From: an uncultured Acidimicrobiaceae bacterium
GTDB taxonomy: Bacteria; Actinomycetota; Acidimicrobiia; Spongiisociales; ZC4RG35
Assembly: GCA_964571765.1 (NCBI GenBank)
Contig: CAZNDH010000008.1
Span: forward strand, 141 to 64,140
DNA: 64,000 nt
Direction of reading: 5' to 3'
Position 1 is the stretch's first letter, and each line of letters opens with the position of its first letter. Both the position numbers and the translations under genes were made by a program. The notes beneath the pieces were generated by a model. The model was not told the DNA's origin, did not search any database, and saw only the letters and a list, made by a program, of their open reading frames with translations. Of this stretch, positions 8,744 to 16,960 are shown one piece after another.

Positions 8744-9271
8744 TCAGGTCCGTCTGATCTCGATCTCCAGCCGCCCGTCGGACCTCAGCCTGATCTCGAA
8801 CCGGGCCTCGGCATCTCCCCTGCGGAACTCCAGGCGCACCCGGTCGTGCCGGGCGTCCTTGATGCGGACTTCCCAGCCAGGGGCCGAAATGTCGGTGATG
8901 ACCAGGGCACCCAGGCTGGTCTCCACCGTGACCGACCCCACCCCCGGGATGTGGAAGGTGCCCCCGCCCTCGGCGGCCGTCTTCCGCTCGACGGTGGTTG
9001 AAGTCGAGTCCCCCCCGGCGGTGGTGACGCTCGTCGAACTGCCCGCCGAGGTCACACTGGTCGAGCTGCTCGCCGTGGTCACAGTGGTGGACGTGCTCGA
9101 GGGGAGGGTGACCCCGGTCGCCGACGTGCTCGAGGCGGCCAACCCGGCCGAAAGGTCGAGAGCGGTCTCGGTCTCAACGGGGCTCCCGTCATCACCAGCC
9201 GCCCAGGCGACGCTAACCGCGAGCAGCGCTGCGGTGATAGAGGTGGATACTCCCAACAACTTCCTCGTCAT
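8744..9271 (-). CDS. Secreted Ser/Thr-rich protein, paralogue of 6194-6694
   Basis: ATG at 9271 is preceded by AAGGAGG. The signal-like N-terminus is MTRKLLGVSTSITAALLAVSVAWA. A poly-S/T linker follows. The C-terminal domain reads GGTFHIPGVGSVTVETS...APGWEVRIKD...VRLEFRRGDAEARFEIRLRSDGRLEIEIRRT. Confidence 0.6.
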   Translation of the reverse strand: MTRKLLGVSTSITAALLAVSVAWAAGDDGSPVETETALDLSAGLAASSTSATGVTLPSSTSTTVTTASSSTSVTSAGSSTSVTTAGGDSTSTTVERKTAAEGGGTFHIPGVGSVTVETSLGALVITDISAPGWEVRIKDARHDRVRLEFRRGDAEARFEIRLRSDGRLEIEIRRT

Positions 9272-9349
9272 CTCTGACCTCCTTGTCATCCTGCGGTTGT
9301 CGTGGGGACAGCATCGGTCGCCGCCCCTCATCAGGTCCTCAGCCGAAGG

Positions 9350-9988
9350 TCAAGAAGGGGTCAAGGACCCTGGCGTCTCGGAGACGATCTCCCACCGTCT
9401 CAGGAAGAACTGCACCAGGGGCCCGATGGAGATGGCGAAGAGCACCGTTCCCACTCCGAAGGTGCCCCCGAGCAGCCAACCCGCCGCCAGGACGGTGACC
9501 TCGATGATGCTGCGGGTGAGCCGGATCGACGGTCCCCGCCGCGCGATCCCGGTCATCAGCCCGTCCCGGGGCCCCGGGCCCAGGTTGGCCCCGATATACA
9601 TCCCCGAGGCGATCCCGATGATGAGCACGCCGCCGAGGAGCATGGGCCACGCCGCCCAGGGACTCCCTGCCTCGGGGACCACAGCAGAGGTCACGTCGAT
9701 CATCACCCCGATCACCACCGCGTTGAGCACCGTCCCCAGGCCGAACCGTTCTCCGAGGGGGATCCAGGCCAGCAGCACCAGCAGCGAGACGATCACCGAC
9801 CAGATGCCAACGGTGAGTCCGAATCGGATCGCCAGCCCCTGATGGAGCACGTCCCACGGGGGCACACCGAGGTTGGAGCGCAGCATCAGGCCGATGCCCG
9901 CCCCGAAGAGCACGAGGCCGCAGACCAACTGGGCCAGGCGTCGTGCGAGATGCTCTCCGCCGATGGGAATGAACATGGGCCGGGGCAC
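9350..9988 (-). CDS. YczE/YitT-like polytopic membrane protein
   Basis: The motifs LGVPPWDVLHQGL and GPGPRDGLMTG are typical of the YczE/DUF6198-type family. An alternative ATG start lies at 9976. Confidence 0.6.
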   Translation of the reverse strand: MPRPMFIPIGGEHLARRLAQLVCGLVLFGAGIGLMLRSNLGVPPWDVLHQGLAIRFGLTVGIWSVIVSLLVLLAWIPLGERFGLGTVLNAVVIGVMIDVTSAVVPEAGSPWAAWPMLLGGVLIIGIASGMYIGANLGPGPRDGLMTGIARRGPSIRLTRSIIEVTVLAAGWLLGGTFGVGTVLFAISIGPLVQFFLRRWEIVSETPGSLTPS

Positions 9989-10183
9989 GGTAGGGGATAA
10001 GGTGAACCTTCCAATGGATGGCCGCCCCGGGTCCAGCCCACACTGGTCGCACCGTGTCCCCCCGATGGGGGAGTTGACCGTCTACTGGGCGCTGATCTAC
10101 GGGGATTGTCGGAGTCTCGAGGAGGTCGGACTCACCTCGGGAGTGCGCAGGCCACGTCCCCTGCACATGGCACAGGTCTACCG

Positions 10184-11161
10184 ATGGGCCTGAGACAGCC
10201 GCCTAAGCAGGAGAAGGCCACCAGGGTCCTGGCCCGGATCCTGTTGCTCGTCGTGCTGATCGCCGGAGCGGGGTTGCTGGTTTGGAACGTCTCCACCGAG
10301 CAGAGGATCGAACTCGTGGAGAACGTCACCATCAGCTCCCTGGAGCTGGATCCGGAGACCTTTGTCACCTCCGGTGACCTCCGGGTCAGGGTGGTCGACC
10401 TATCGGCGGCCCCCCAGCCTGTCATCCTTCTCCATGACGTCGACGTGGCCGGCGGAGTCATATTCGACCAGCTAGCCCCTCTCGTCCAGGGGGAGTTCCG
10501 CCCGGTGGTGATCGACCTCCCCGGATTCGGCCTCAGTCAGCGAATGACCGAGCCGGGGACCCATCACACCGTCGCCGCCATGTCGGCAGTGCTCGCCGAC
10601 GTGGTTGAACAGCGCTACGGGTCGCCGGTGATCATGGTCGGGGTGGGCCTCGGGGGGATGGTCGCCTCCGAGACCGCGGTGACCCGCCCCGACCTGGTGC
10701 GGGGTCTGGTCATGGTCGACGTCGACTTCTGGAAGACGGACGGGTGGCGAGAGCGTGCCCAGAAGCTCCCCTGGATCGGGCGCGCCATGACATACACCTA
10801 CGAGACTTCGGGACGGTTGTCCGGCCGGACCTGGGCCCCGCACTGCAATGATGGAGGGTGGTGCCCCACCCCCCAACAGGTGGCCAATCGCAACGTGACC
10901 GCGGTCATCGCTGGGTCCACCGACTCGATCAACGCCTTCCACAACACCCCGCCCGCGTCCTTCGTACCATCGGACCTCAAGGAGGTGACGGTTCCCACCA
11001 CCTACGTGTGGAGCCTGCGGGGCGACGTGCCCCGCGACTCGGTGCAGCGGGTCAAGGCCGCCATCCCTCATGCAGTGATCAGCGACGTGGACGTGTGGGC
11101 CGCTCACGTGGAGGCCCCAGCGTCGATCATGGCCGCAATCCAGGCGGTTGCCGGGGGCTGA
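10184..11161 (+). CDS. Membrane-anchored alpha/beta-fold hydrolase
   Basis: An N-terminal TM segment (ILLLVVLIAGAGLLVW), the motif PVILLHDVD, and a nucleophile-elbow-like VGVGLGG. I prefer the ATG at 10184 to the track start at 10106. Confidence 0.65.
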   Translation: MGLRQPPKQEKATRVLARILLLVVLIAGAGLLVWNVSTEQRIELVENVTISSLELDPETFVTSGDLRVRVVDLSAAPQPVILLHDVDVAGGVIFDQLAPLVQGEFRPVVIDLPGFGLSQRMTEPGTHHTVAAMSAVLADVVEQRYGSPVIMVGVGLGGMVASETAVTRPDLVRGLVMVDVDFWKTDGWRERAQKLPWIGRAMTYTYETSGRLSGRTWAPHCNDGGWCPTPQQVANRNVTAVIAGSTDSINAFHNTPPASFVPSDLKEVTVPTTYVWSLRGDVPRDSVQRVKAAIPHAVISDVDVWAAHVEAPASIMAAIQAVAGG

Positions 11162-11176
11162 CCCGGGTGAGAACGG

Positions 11177-12154
11177 CTATGAGGGCGGAGGCAGCAACAG
11201 CAGCTTGCCGGTCGTTGTGCGACTCTCCAGGCGGCGGTGGGCCTCGGCCGCATCCTCCAATGGGTAGCGCCCTCCGATCCTCACCGTGAGCCTCCCGTCG
11301 CCTGCCCAGCCGAACAACTCGTCGGCTCGTCTCATCAGCTCTTCAGGAGTGGCGGTGTAGTGGCCCAAGGAAGGCCTGGTGAGGAATAGTGAGCCCTTGC
11401 TTCCCAGGACAAGCGGCGATACCGGGGGGACCACACCCGAGGCGTTGCCGAAGGTGACCATGGTCCCCCGGGGTCGGAGCAGGTCGAGGCCCCCCTCGAA
11501 GGTGTCGGCGCCCACCCCGTCATAGACCACGTCGAGCGCTCTGGGGCCGTATGCCCCCGCGATGGCCTCGACAAAGTCGACCTCGCGGTACTCGATCACC
11601 ATGTCGGCACCCGCCTGGCGGCTCAGCTCGGCCTTTTCCGCAGAGCCGACGGTGGTGATCACGGTGGCCCCACGCAGCTTGGCGATCTGGGTGAGGAGCA
11701 GGCCAACCCCTCCGGCGCCGGCGTGGACCAGGCACTTGCTCCCCTCGACGAGCCGGTAGGTGTCGGTGGCCAGGTAGTGGGCGGTCATCCCCTGGAGGAG
11801 CAGGGCGGTGGCCACCTCGAGGTCAAGGGTACTGGGGAGGGGCACCAGCCGGTTGGCAGGCACTACATGTCGTTCCCGGTAGCTGCCCAGGGCGTTGACC
11901 CACCCAACCCGGTCCCCGGTGGCGATCCCCGCAACGCCCTCTCCCACTTCGAGGACCACCCCGGCACCCTCGACGCCGGGGGTGATCGGGAACTCGACGG
12001 GGTAGACCCCCTGCCGGTGGTAGACGTCGATGAAGTTGACCCCGGCAACAGCCACCTCCACCAGCACCGCACCCGGCACTGCCCGGGGACCTGGAACGTC
12101 CTCCAACACCAATTCCTCGGGGCCGCCCGGGCGATGCACCACCACGGTCTTCAT
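11177..12154 (-). CDS. qor: NADPH:quinone oxidoreductase (zinc-type alcohol dehydrogenase superfamily)
   Basis: MKTVVVHRPGGPEELVLEDVPGP..., the Rossmann motif VHAGAGGVGLLLTQIAK, and the C-terminal RLESRTTTGKLLLLP. The ATG at 12154 forms an ATGA overlap with the upstream stop. Confidence 0.85.
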   Translation of the reverse strand: MKTVVVHRPGGPEELVLEDVPGPRAVPGAVLVEVAVAGVNFIDVYHRQGVYPVEFPITPGVEGAGVVLEVGEGVAGIATGDRVGWVNALGSYRERHVVPANRLVPLPSTLDLEVATALLLQGMTAHYLATDTYRLVEGSKCLVHAGAGGVGLLLTQIAKLRGATVITTVGSAEKAELSRQAGADMVIEYREVDFVEAIAGAYGPRALDVVYDGVGADTFEGGLDLLRPRGTMVTFGNASGVVPPVSPLVLGSKGSLFLTRPSLGHYTATPEELMRRADELFGWAGDGRLTVRIGGRYPLEDAAEAHRRLESRTTTGKLLLLPPPS

Positions 12155-12624
12155 GGTCTCTCCACTCTCCATCCTCTCGTCCGTAACTCGTCGGCCAGGG
12201 TCTCATCGGCGAGGGGGGACAGGTCGATGCCGCTGCGTTCCACTCCGAGACGACGCTCCACCGTGTCGCGCAGGGTCCGGGCCCAGGCCCGTCCTCTCGC
12301 CTCCGCCTCGAGGCTGAGGGTGGCGTCGGGGTTGACGGTGTAAACCCGGGCGGTCACCTGGGGGCTGGCCCGTGATCCGCGCTCGCCGTAAACCAGGAGG
12401 ATCCCGCCGGCGGGCAGGTCCTGGATCCCTCCCACCTCGACAAAAGGACCCTCGTAGGCCCATCCGGAGCTCTTGGCGGTGTCCACCATCTCGACCACCT
12501 TGGCCCAGTTCTTGCGGCGCTCGTCGCCCACCAGGGGCACTTCGACCGGCACCAGGATCGTTTCGCCCATGGGTCGAGGGTAAGGGAATTGGAGCGCGAT
12601 CGGGGCATCGCCATATACCCTCAT
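12151..12624 (-). CDS. Hypothetical protein, translationally coupled to qor
   Basis: ORF track entry with high G/C at third codon positions. I recognise no family. The start is uncertain: 12624 lies only 3 nt from the divergent ATG at 12628, and 12570 is an alternative. Confidence 0.45.
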   Translation of the reverse strand: MRVYGDAPIALQFPYPRPMGETILVPVEVPLVGDERRKNWAKVVEMVDTAKSSGWAYEGPFVEVGGIQDLPAGGILLVYGERGSRASPQVTARVYTVNPDATLSLEAEARGRAWARTLRDTVERRLGVERSGIDLSPLADETLADELRTRGWRVERP

Positions 12625-12627
12625 CTC

Positions 12628-13623
12628 ATGGCCAAGGTTCGAATGTTCGCCAACCTGCGCGAGATCGCCGGCACCGGGCGCGCCGAGATCGATGCGGAGA
12701 CCGTCGCCGAGGTGATCATGGTGGCCTCAGAACGATACGGCGACGACTTCGCCCGCGGGGTCGAGGTCTCCCGGGTGTGGGTCAACGGTTTGGAGGCCGC
12801 ACCCGACTCAGCGGTGGGTGCCGACGACGAAGTGGTCCTCCTCCCCCCGGTGTCTGGTGGGAGCCAGCCGGCGGCGGTGCCCACGATAGACCTGCTCGCA
12901 TTCGTTCCTCTGGTGGCCGCGGTCGTGGCGGTGGCGGCCAGCCGCCAGGAGCAGGCCATCTGGGTAGCTGTCCTGGTCGCCCTGGTCGCCCTGTGGTCCG
13001 TCGACCTCAACTCGACCGTCACCGGGAGGGGCCGGCTCTTCGCCCCGCTCGCCGTGGTCACCTGCGGCGCCATTGGGGCCCTGTCGGCCCACGTGCTCGG
13101 GACCGGCGGATATGGCTTGGCCATGGCGGCCGCGGTGGTTGTGTGCCTTGGCTGGGCGGTCGCCTTCGAGGAGTACCGACAGGTAGAGGTGCTCACCTCA
13201 ACCGCCCTGGCCGGGCTCTTGGGAGCCTTGGCGGTGGCCTCCATGGTGCTCACCAACTCTGCCCATGCTCCCGACACCCGCGCCGTGGACATCTTCCTGG
13301 TGGCGGTGATCGCCGGGATCGCCCTCGGGGCCCTGGTCTCTCGGATTCCCGCCATCCCCTTCCTCGACCCCGTCACCACCACCGCCATGGTGGCGGTGTT
13401 GGGCACGGTCGTGGCCGCCTGGATCTGGGAGGCCGACGTCGTGGGATACCTCCTGGTCGGCTTGGGAGTGGCGGTGGCATTGGTCGGCGGGCGCGGCTTG
13501 TCCTCGATGATGCGTACCGGAGTGGTTCGGCTCACCGAGAGGACGCCTGGCCTGATCCCGTCACTCGATAGTGTGGTTCTTGCCGCGGCGATCTACTTCC
13601 CTCTGGTCGGGCTGATCCTCTGA
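12628..13623 (+). CDS. MoaD/ThiS-like beta-grasp domain (ending ...PPVSGG) fused to a polytopic membrane domain
   Basis: Residues 1-78 (MAKVRMFANLREIAGTGRAEIDAETVAEV...DDEVVLLPPVSGG) look like a complete MoaD-type sulfur carrier, including the diglycine (codons 12856-12861). The frame then continues for about 250 aa of hydrophobic helices. Confidence 0.65.
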   Translation: MAKVRMFANLREIAGTGRAEIDAETVAEVIMVASERYGDDFARGVEVSRVWVNGLEAAPDSAVGADDEVVLLPPVSGGSQPAAVPTIDLLAFVPLVAAVVAVAASRQEQAIWVAVLVALVALWSVDLNSTVTGRGRLFAPLAVVTCGAIGALSAHVLGTGGYGLAMAAAVVVCLGWAVAFEEYRQVEVLTSTALAGLLGALAVASMVLTNSAHAPDTRAVDIFLVAVIAGIALGALVSRIPAIPFLDPVTTTAMVAVLGTVVAAWIWEADVVGYLLVGLGVAVALVGGRGLSSMMRTGVVRLTERTPGLIPSLDSVVLAAAIYFPLVGLIL

Positions 13624-13675
13624 TCACCGTCCACTGACTACTCCAAGTGGTGGCTCGGGGTTAGCATCTCCTCGA

Positions 13676-14764
13676 ATGACAGCCCCCAAGCCGCTCGCCC
13701 GCGCGCTTCTCGTCGTCGTTCTCATCGCTGCGGTGAGCGCTGTGCCCCTGCCCTCGGCGGCGGTCACCCGGGCCCAGGTCGATGCCGCCTGCGAGGACTC
13801 CCGGGAGCAGCTGGCCAACTACCGCCTTGCCCAGCAGCGCTTCGGGGAGGCGGCCAATGCCTACGACGCCGTCCTCAACGAGATCGACCTCCTCGAACGT
13901 CAGCAGGCCAGGATCCAGACCTCGGTGGGCAACACCGCCAACGAGTTGGACTCGGCGAAGAAGCGGTTCGAGGACCACGCCGTTGAGCTCTACATGCGAG
14001 GCGGCGTCTCCAGCCCGGGGATCATCCTCAGCGCCTCTTCGGTCGACCAGCTCCTCACCACCACCGAGTTCCTCTCCTCGGCGGCGGTTGGGGGGCAACG
14101 CTCCATCCACGACCTGATCGCCCAGATCGGCGAACTGGAGAGGTTCCAGGTCGATCTCGACGAGATCCACTCTCAGCTCATGGACAAAGAGGCCGAGGCC
14201 GCTGCCCTGGCCTTCGAGCTCAACTCGGCCATGGAGGCCGAGCAGGCCGCCTACTCCCGGCTGAGCACTCGCTGCAAGCAGCTCACTTCGAAGTACGAGG
14301 CGGAGCAGGCGGCGCTCCGGGCTGCCGCCCGCCAGCGTGCCGCCGGGTCGGTCCAGGTCGGGCCGTTCATCTGCCCGTTCACCAAGGGCCGCACCTCTTT
14401 CACCAACAGCTGGGGGGCGCCTCGCTCCGGGGGTCGGAGCCACAAGGGGACCGACCTTTTCGCCGCCTTGAACGAGCCGACGTACGCCGTCGCCGCCGGG
14501 GTGGTCTTGACTGGCAACAGTGGTCTGGGTGGTCGCACCATCTGGCTGATAGCCACCAACGGGGTGGCCTACTACTACGCCCACCTCGCCAACTGGAACG
14601 TGTCCAATGGCCAGCAGGTCAGCCAGGGACAGACCATCGGCTTCAACGGCGACTCGGGCAACGCTCGGGGGGGGGCCCCTCACCTCCACTTCGAGATCCA
14701 CCCTGGCGGCAGGGGCAGCCCGGCGGTCAACCCCTATCCCACGCTGGTCGCAGCCTGCCGGTAA
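13676..14764 (+). CDS. Secreted M23-family metallopeptidase with N-terminal coiled-coil region
   Basis: Signal peptide plus a long heptad-like region. The M23 motifs GRSHKGTDLFA and HLHFEIHPGG are present. Confidence 0.85.
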   Translation: MTAPKPLARALLVVVLIAAVSAVPLPSAAVTRAQVDAACEDSREQLANYRLAQQRFGEAANAYDAVLNEIDLLERQQARIQTSVGNTANELDSAKKRFEDHAVELYMRGGVSSPGIILSASSVDQLLTTTEFLSSAAVGGQRSIHDLIAQIGELERFQVDLDEIHSQLMDKEAEAAALAFELNSAMEAEQAAYSRLSTRCKQLTSKYEAEQAALRAAARQRAAGSVQVGPFICPFTKGRTSFTNSWGAPRSGGRSHKGTDLFAALNEPTYAVAAGVVLTGNSGLGGRTIWLIATNGVAYYYAHLANWNVSNGQQVSQGQTIGFNGDSGNARGGAPHLHFEIHPGGRGSPAVNPYPTLVAACR

Positions 14765-14774
14765 CCTTGGCCGC

Positions 14775-15308
14775 GTGACCGAACGGCGACGGCGGATCGA
14801 TATGGTGCTCGAGCCCGAGTACCTCGACGACATCAGCACCATCCACCTCGAAGAGTTGAAGAAGCGGCGGGACACCGCCGAGGACGTCGAGTCCCAGATC
14901 TCCTATTACCGGCGGCTCATCCATGGCCGGATGGACCTGCTCGCCTTCGAGATGAAGCGACGGCGTGGGGAAGAGGAGCGGACCCTCATCGAGGCTCTAC
15001 CCGAGATACTCTCCTCCGGCCTGGTGCTGGGCAGCGAGCCCAGCCTCAAGCATCTGGACACCATGCCCCCTCTCCCCTCGACCACGGGTCGGCGTCTCAT
15101 CGACCAGATCATGGACGACGGCGTCCTCACCCAGCTCCCCGACCTCGGGGACGACGAAGTGTCCGAAGCGATGGAGCGACTCGGCGAGGTGGAAGTGGTG
15201 CTTTCCAATCAGCGCCGGCAGCTCCACTCGGTGATCGACGCGGTGCAGAGGGAGATCGTTTCGCGGTATCGCAGCCAGCAGGACGACGGGGCCGCCGTCT
15301 CCGGGTAG
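14775..15308 (+). CDS. RsiG-like (c-di-GMP-binding anti-sigma factor family) protein
   Basis: Two helices each carry ExxxSxxRxxxHxxxD: EDVESQISYYRRLIHGRMD (14889-14936) and EVVLSNQRRQLHSVID (15192-15239). This matches the RsiG ExxxSxxRxxxQxxxD signature except for Q to H. The start is GTG 14775 or ATG 14802. Confidence 0.6.
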   Translation: MTERRRRIDMVLEPEYLDDISTIHLEELKKRRDTAEDVESQISYYRRLIHGRMDLLAFEMKRRRGEEERTLIEALPEILSSGLVLGSEPSLKHLDTMPPLPSTTGRRLIDQIMDDGVLTQLPDLGDDEVSEAMERLGEVEVVLSNQRRQLHSVIDAVQREIVSRYRSQQDDGAAVSG

Positions 15309-15338
15309 GGCACCACCCTTGCCTGTACACGGCTGAAC

Positions 15339-16280
15339 ATGCTGGCGAGGAGCCTCCGCTCGGGGCTGGTGGAGACCTACCACGACGGGGTGGTGGCGGT
15401 CTGCGACCCCGCGGGGCAGATAGTGGCTTCGTCGGGGGACACCGAGCGCCCCTTCTACCTGCGCTCGGCGGCCAAGCCGTTCCAGGCGCTGGTTTCCCAG
15501 GAGAAGGGGGCTGGGTTGAAGCCGGTCGAGCTGGCTCTGGCATCGGCGTCCCACCGCGGGAATCCGGCGCAGGTGGCCGTCGTCGAGGCGATGCTGGCCG
15601 CCGCAGGGCTCGACGAGGATGACCTCGGATGCCCTCCCGACTGGCCACTGGCGCACCCTGCCTCGAGGCGCCTGGTTGCCTCGGGCCATCGGCGCCCCCG
15701 GCGCACATGGCATAACTGCTCGGGCAAACACGCCGGGTTCCTTCGGGCATGTGCCGCCCGTGGCTGGCCCATCGACGGCTACCTCGACCCGGGACACCCG
15801 CTGCAGATGGCCGTCGTTTCCCTGGTATCCGAGTTGGGCGGCTACCGGGTCGACCCCGTGGGGGTCGACGGCTGTGGTGCCCCGGTCCTTCGTACCAACG
15901 CCGCCGCCATGGCCCGCCTCTTTGCCTCTCTGGCCTCTGATCCGGCGCTGGCCGAGGTGTATCGGGTGATGCACCGGTATCCCGCCCTGGTTTCGGGGGT
16001 AGACGAGGGTGATGCCGCCATCGCCACGGTGATCGATGCGGTAGCCAAGGGGGGCGCCCAAGGTTGTCTCGGGGTGGCCGTGGCCCCAAGTCTCGGGGTG
16101 GCGGTCAAGTCGTGGGACGGAGACCACGCCGTGGCGGTGATCGGAGCGGTTGCCGCCCTGGAACGCCTGGGGGTGCTGACACCCAACGCCTCTGCCCGGC
16201 TGGGAGGACACGCCCGCCCTTCGGTGCTCGGAGGGGGCGAGCCGGTCGGCGAGGTGGAGCCCGTGGTGGACTGGTCGTGA
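15339..16280 (+). CDS. Asparaginase-II family protein (Rhizobium-type)
   Basis: The motifs RSAAKPFQA, SASHRG and HNCSGKHAGFL are characteristic of the family. Confidence 0.8.
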   Translation: MLARSLRSGLVETYHDGVVAVCDPAGQIVASSGDTERPFYLRSAAKPFQALVSQEKGAGLKPVELALASASHRGNPAQVAVVEAMLAAAGLDEDDLGCPPDWPLAHPASRRLVASGHRRPRRTWHNCSGKHAGFLRACAARGWPIDGYLDPGHPLQMAVVSLVSELGGYRVDPVGVDGCGAPVLRTNAAAMARLFASLASDPALAEVYRVMHRYPALVSGVDEGDAAIATVIDAVAKGGAQGCLGVAVAPSLGVAVKSWDGDHAVAVIGAVAALERLGVLTPNASARLGGHARPSVLGGGEPVGEVEPVVDWS

Positions 16281-16693
16281 GGGAAGTCCTCGAGGAGCGG
16301 ATCGAACGCTGGCTCGACGACCCCGACTCCAGCGTGGAGTACGCCGAGGAGGTCGAGGGGCGCTGGGCGGTGCGGATGGGCCAGCAGGTCCGCGACGCCA
16401 CCACGGTGTGGTTCGAGGTCGGGGAGCGCAGCCTGATGGTCGAGGCCTACGTATTCCCCGGTCCCGAGCACCCGGGGCCCAGCCACCACCTCGCCCTGGT
16501 GAGAAACCGACGCGCCTGGCGGGTGTTCTTCGCCGTCGACGAGGAGGACGCCCTGGTGCTCCGGGGTCGGATCGCTGCCGAACGGGTCACCCTCGAGGAG
16601 CTCGACATGGTCCTCGGCGAGTTGTACGAGATGGTGGAGCTCTCGTTTCGCGGGTTCATCGAGTTCGCGAAAAATCCACCTAGAAACTTGTGA
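16277..16693 (+). CDS. YbjN-like (putative sensory-transduction or chaperone-like) domain protein
   Basis: GTG at 16277 overlaps the upstream stop as GTGA. The sequence WFEVGERSLMVEAYVF...FAVDEEDALVLRGRIAAERVTLEELDMVLGELYE resembles actinobacterial YbjN-domain proteins. Confidence 0.55.
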   Translation: MREVLEERIERWLDDPDSSVEYAEEVEGRWAVRMGQQVRDATTVWFEVGERSLMVEAYVFPGPEHPGPSHHLALVRNRRAWRVFFAVDEEDALVLRGRIAAERVTLEELDMVLGELYEMVELSFRGFIEFAKNPPRNL

Positions 16694-16743
16694 ACAAAGC
16701 GGTGTGGACAAAGCCTGTGGATAAGCCGGATTGCTGTGGGTAA
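16689..16743 (+). promoter_or_regulatory. Array of four co-oriented DnaA-box-like 9-mers
   Basis: TGTGAACAA (16689-16697), TGTGGACAA (16703-16711, reverse complement of TTGTCCACA), TGTGGATAA (16716-16724, reverse complement of TTATCCACA) and TGTGGGTAA (16735-16743). Confidence 0.4.
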
Positions 16744-16960
16744 CTACGGATCGGCTCACTGCGGATCCCAGATCGGCGCTGGCTTACACTGCATTACGCT
16801 GTCGGAGGTTCCTCAGATGGTGATTGAAACCGGGTGGGGGGTTGTCGTAGATTCGCCAGCGAACGCCCCAGAGGCCATTCGGAGAAGCGTCCGTTCGGGG
16901 AAGTGCGGAGGAGGCTCCGGAGGTCACTGGGGCGTTCGTCGTTGCATTGAGCCCGGGGCA

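Noticed and set aside
16688-16743. Possible Rex operator (TTGTGAA half-site at 16688-16694), or a chromosomal origin at the DnaA-box array.
   Set aside because: No matching TTCACAA half-site occurs at operator spacing. No dnaA/dnaN, AT-rich unwinding element or larger box cluster is present, so oriC is unlikely. I found no convincing full Rex operator upstream of either nuo operon or the cytochrome operons by eye. A PWM scan is needed.
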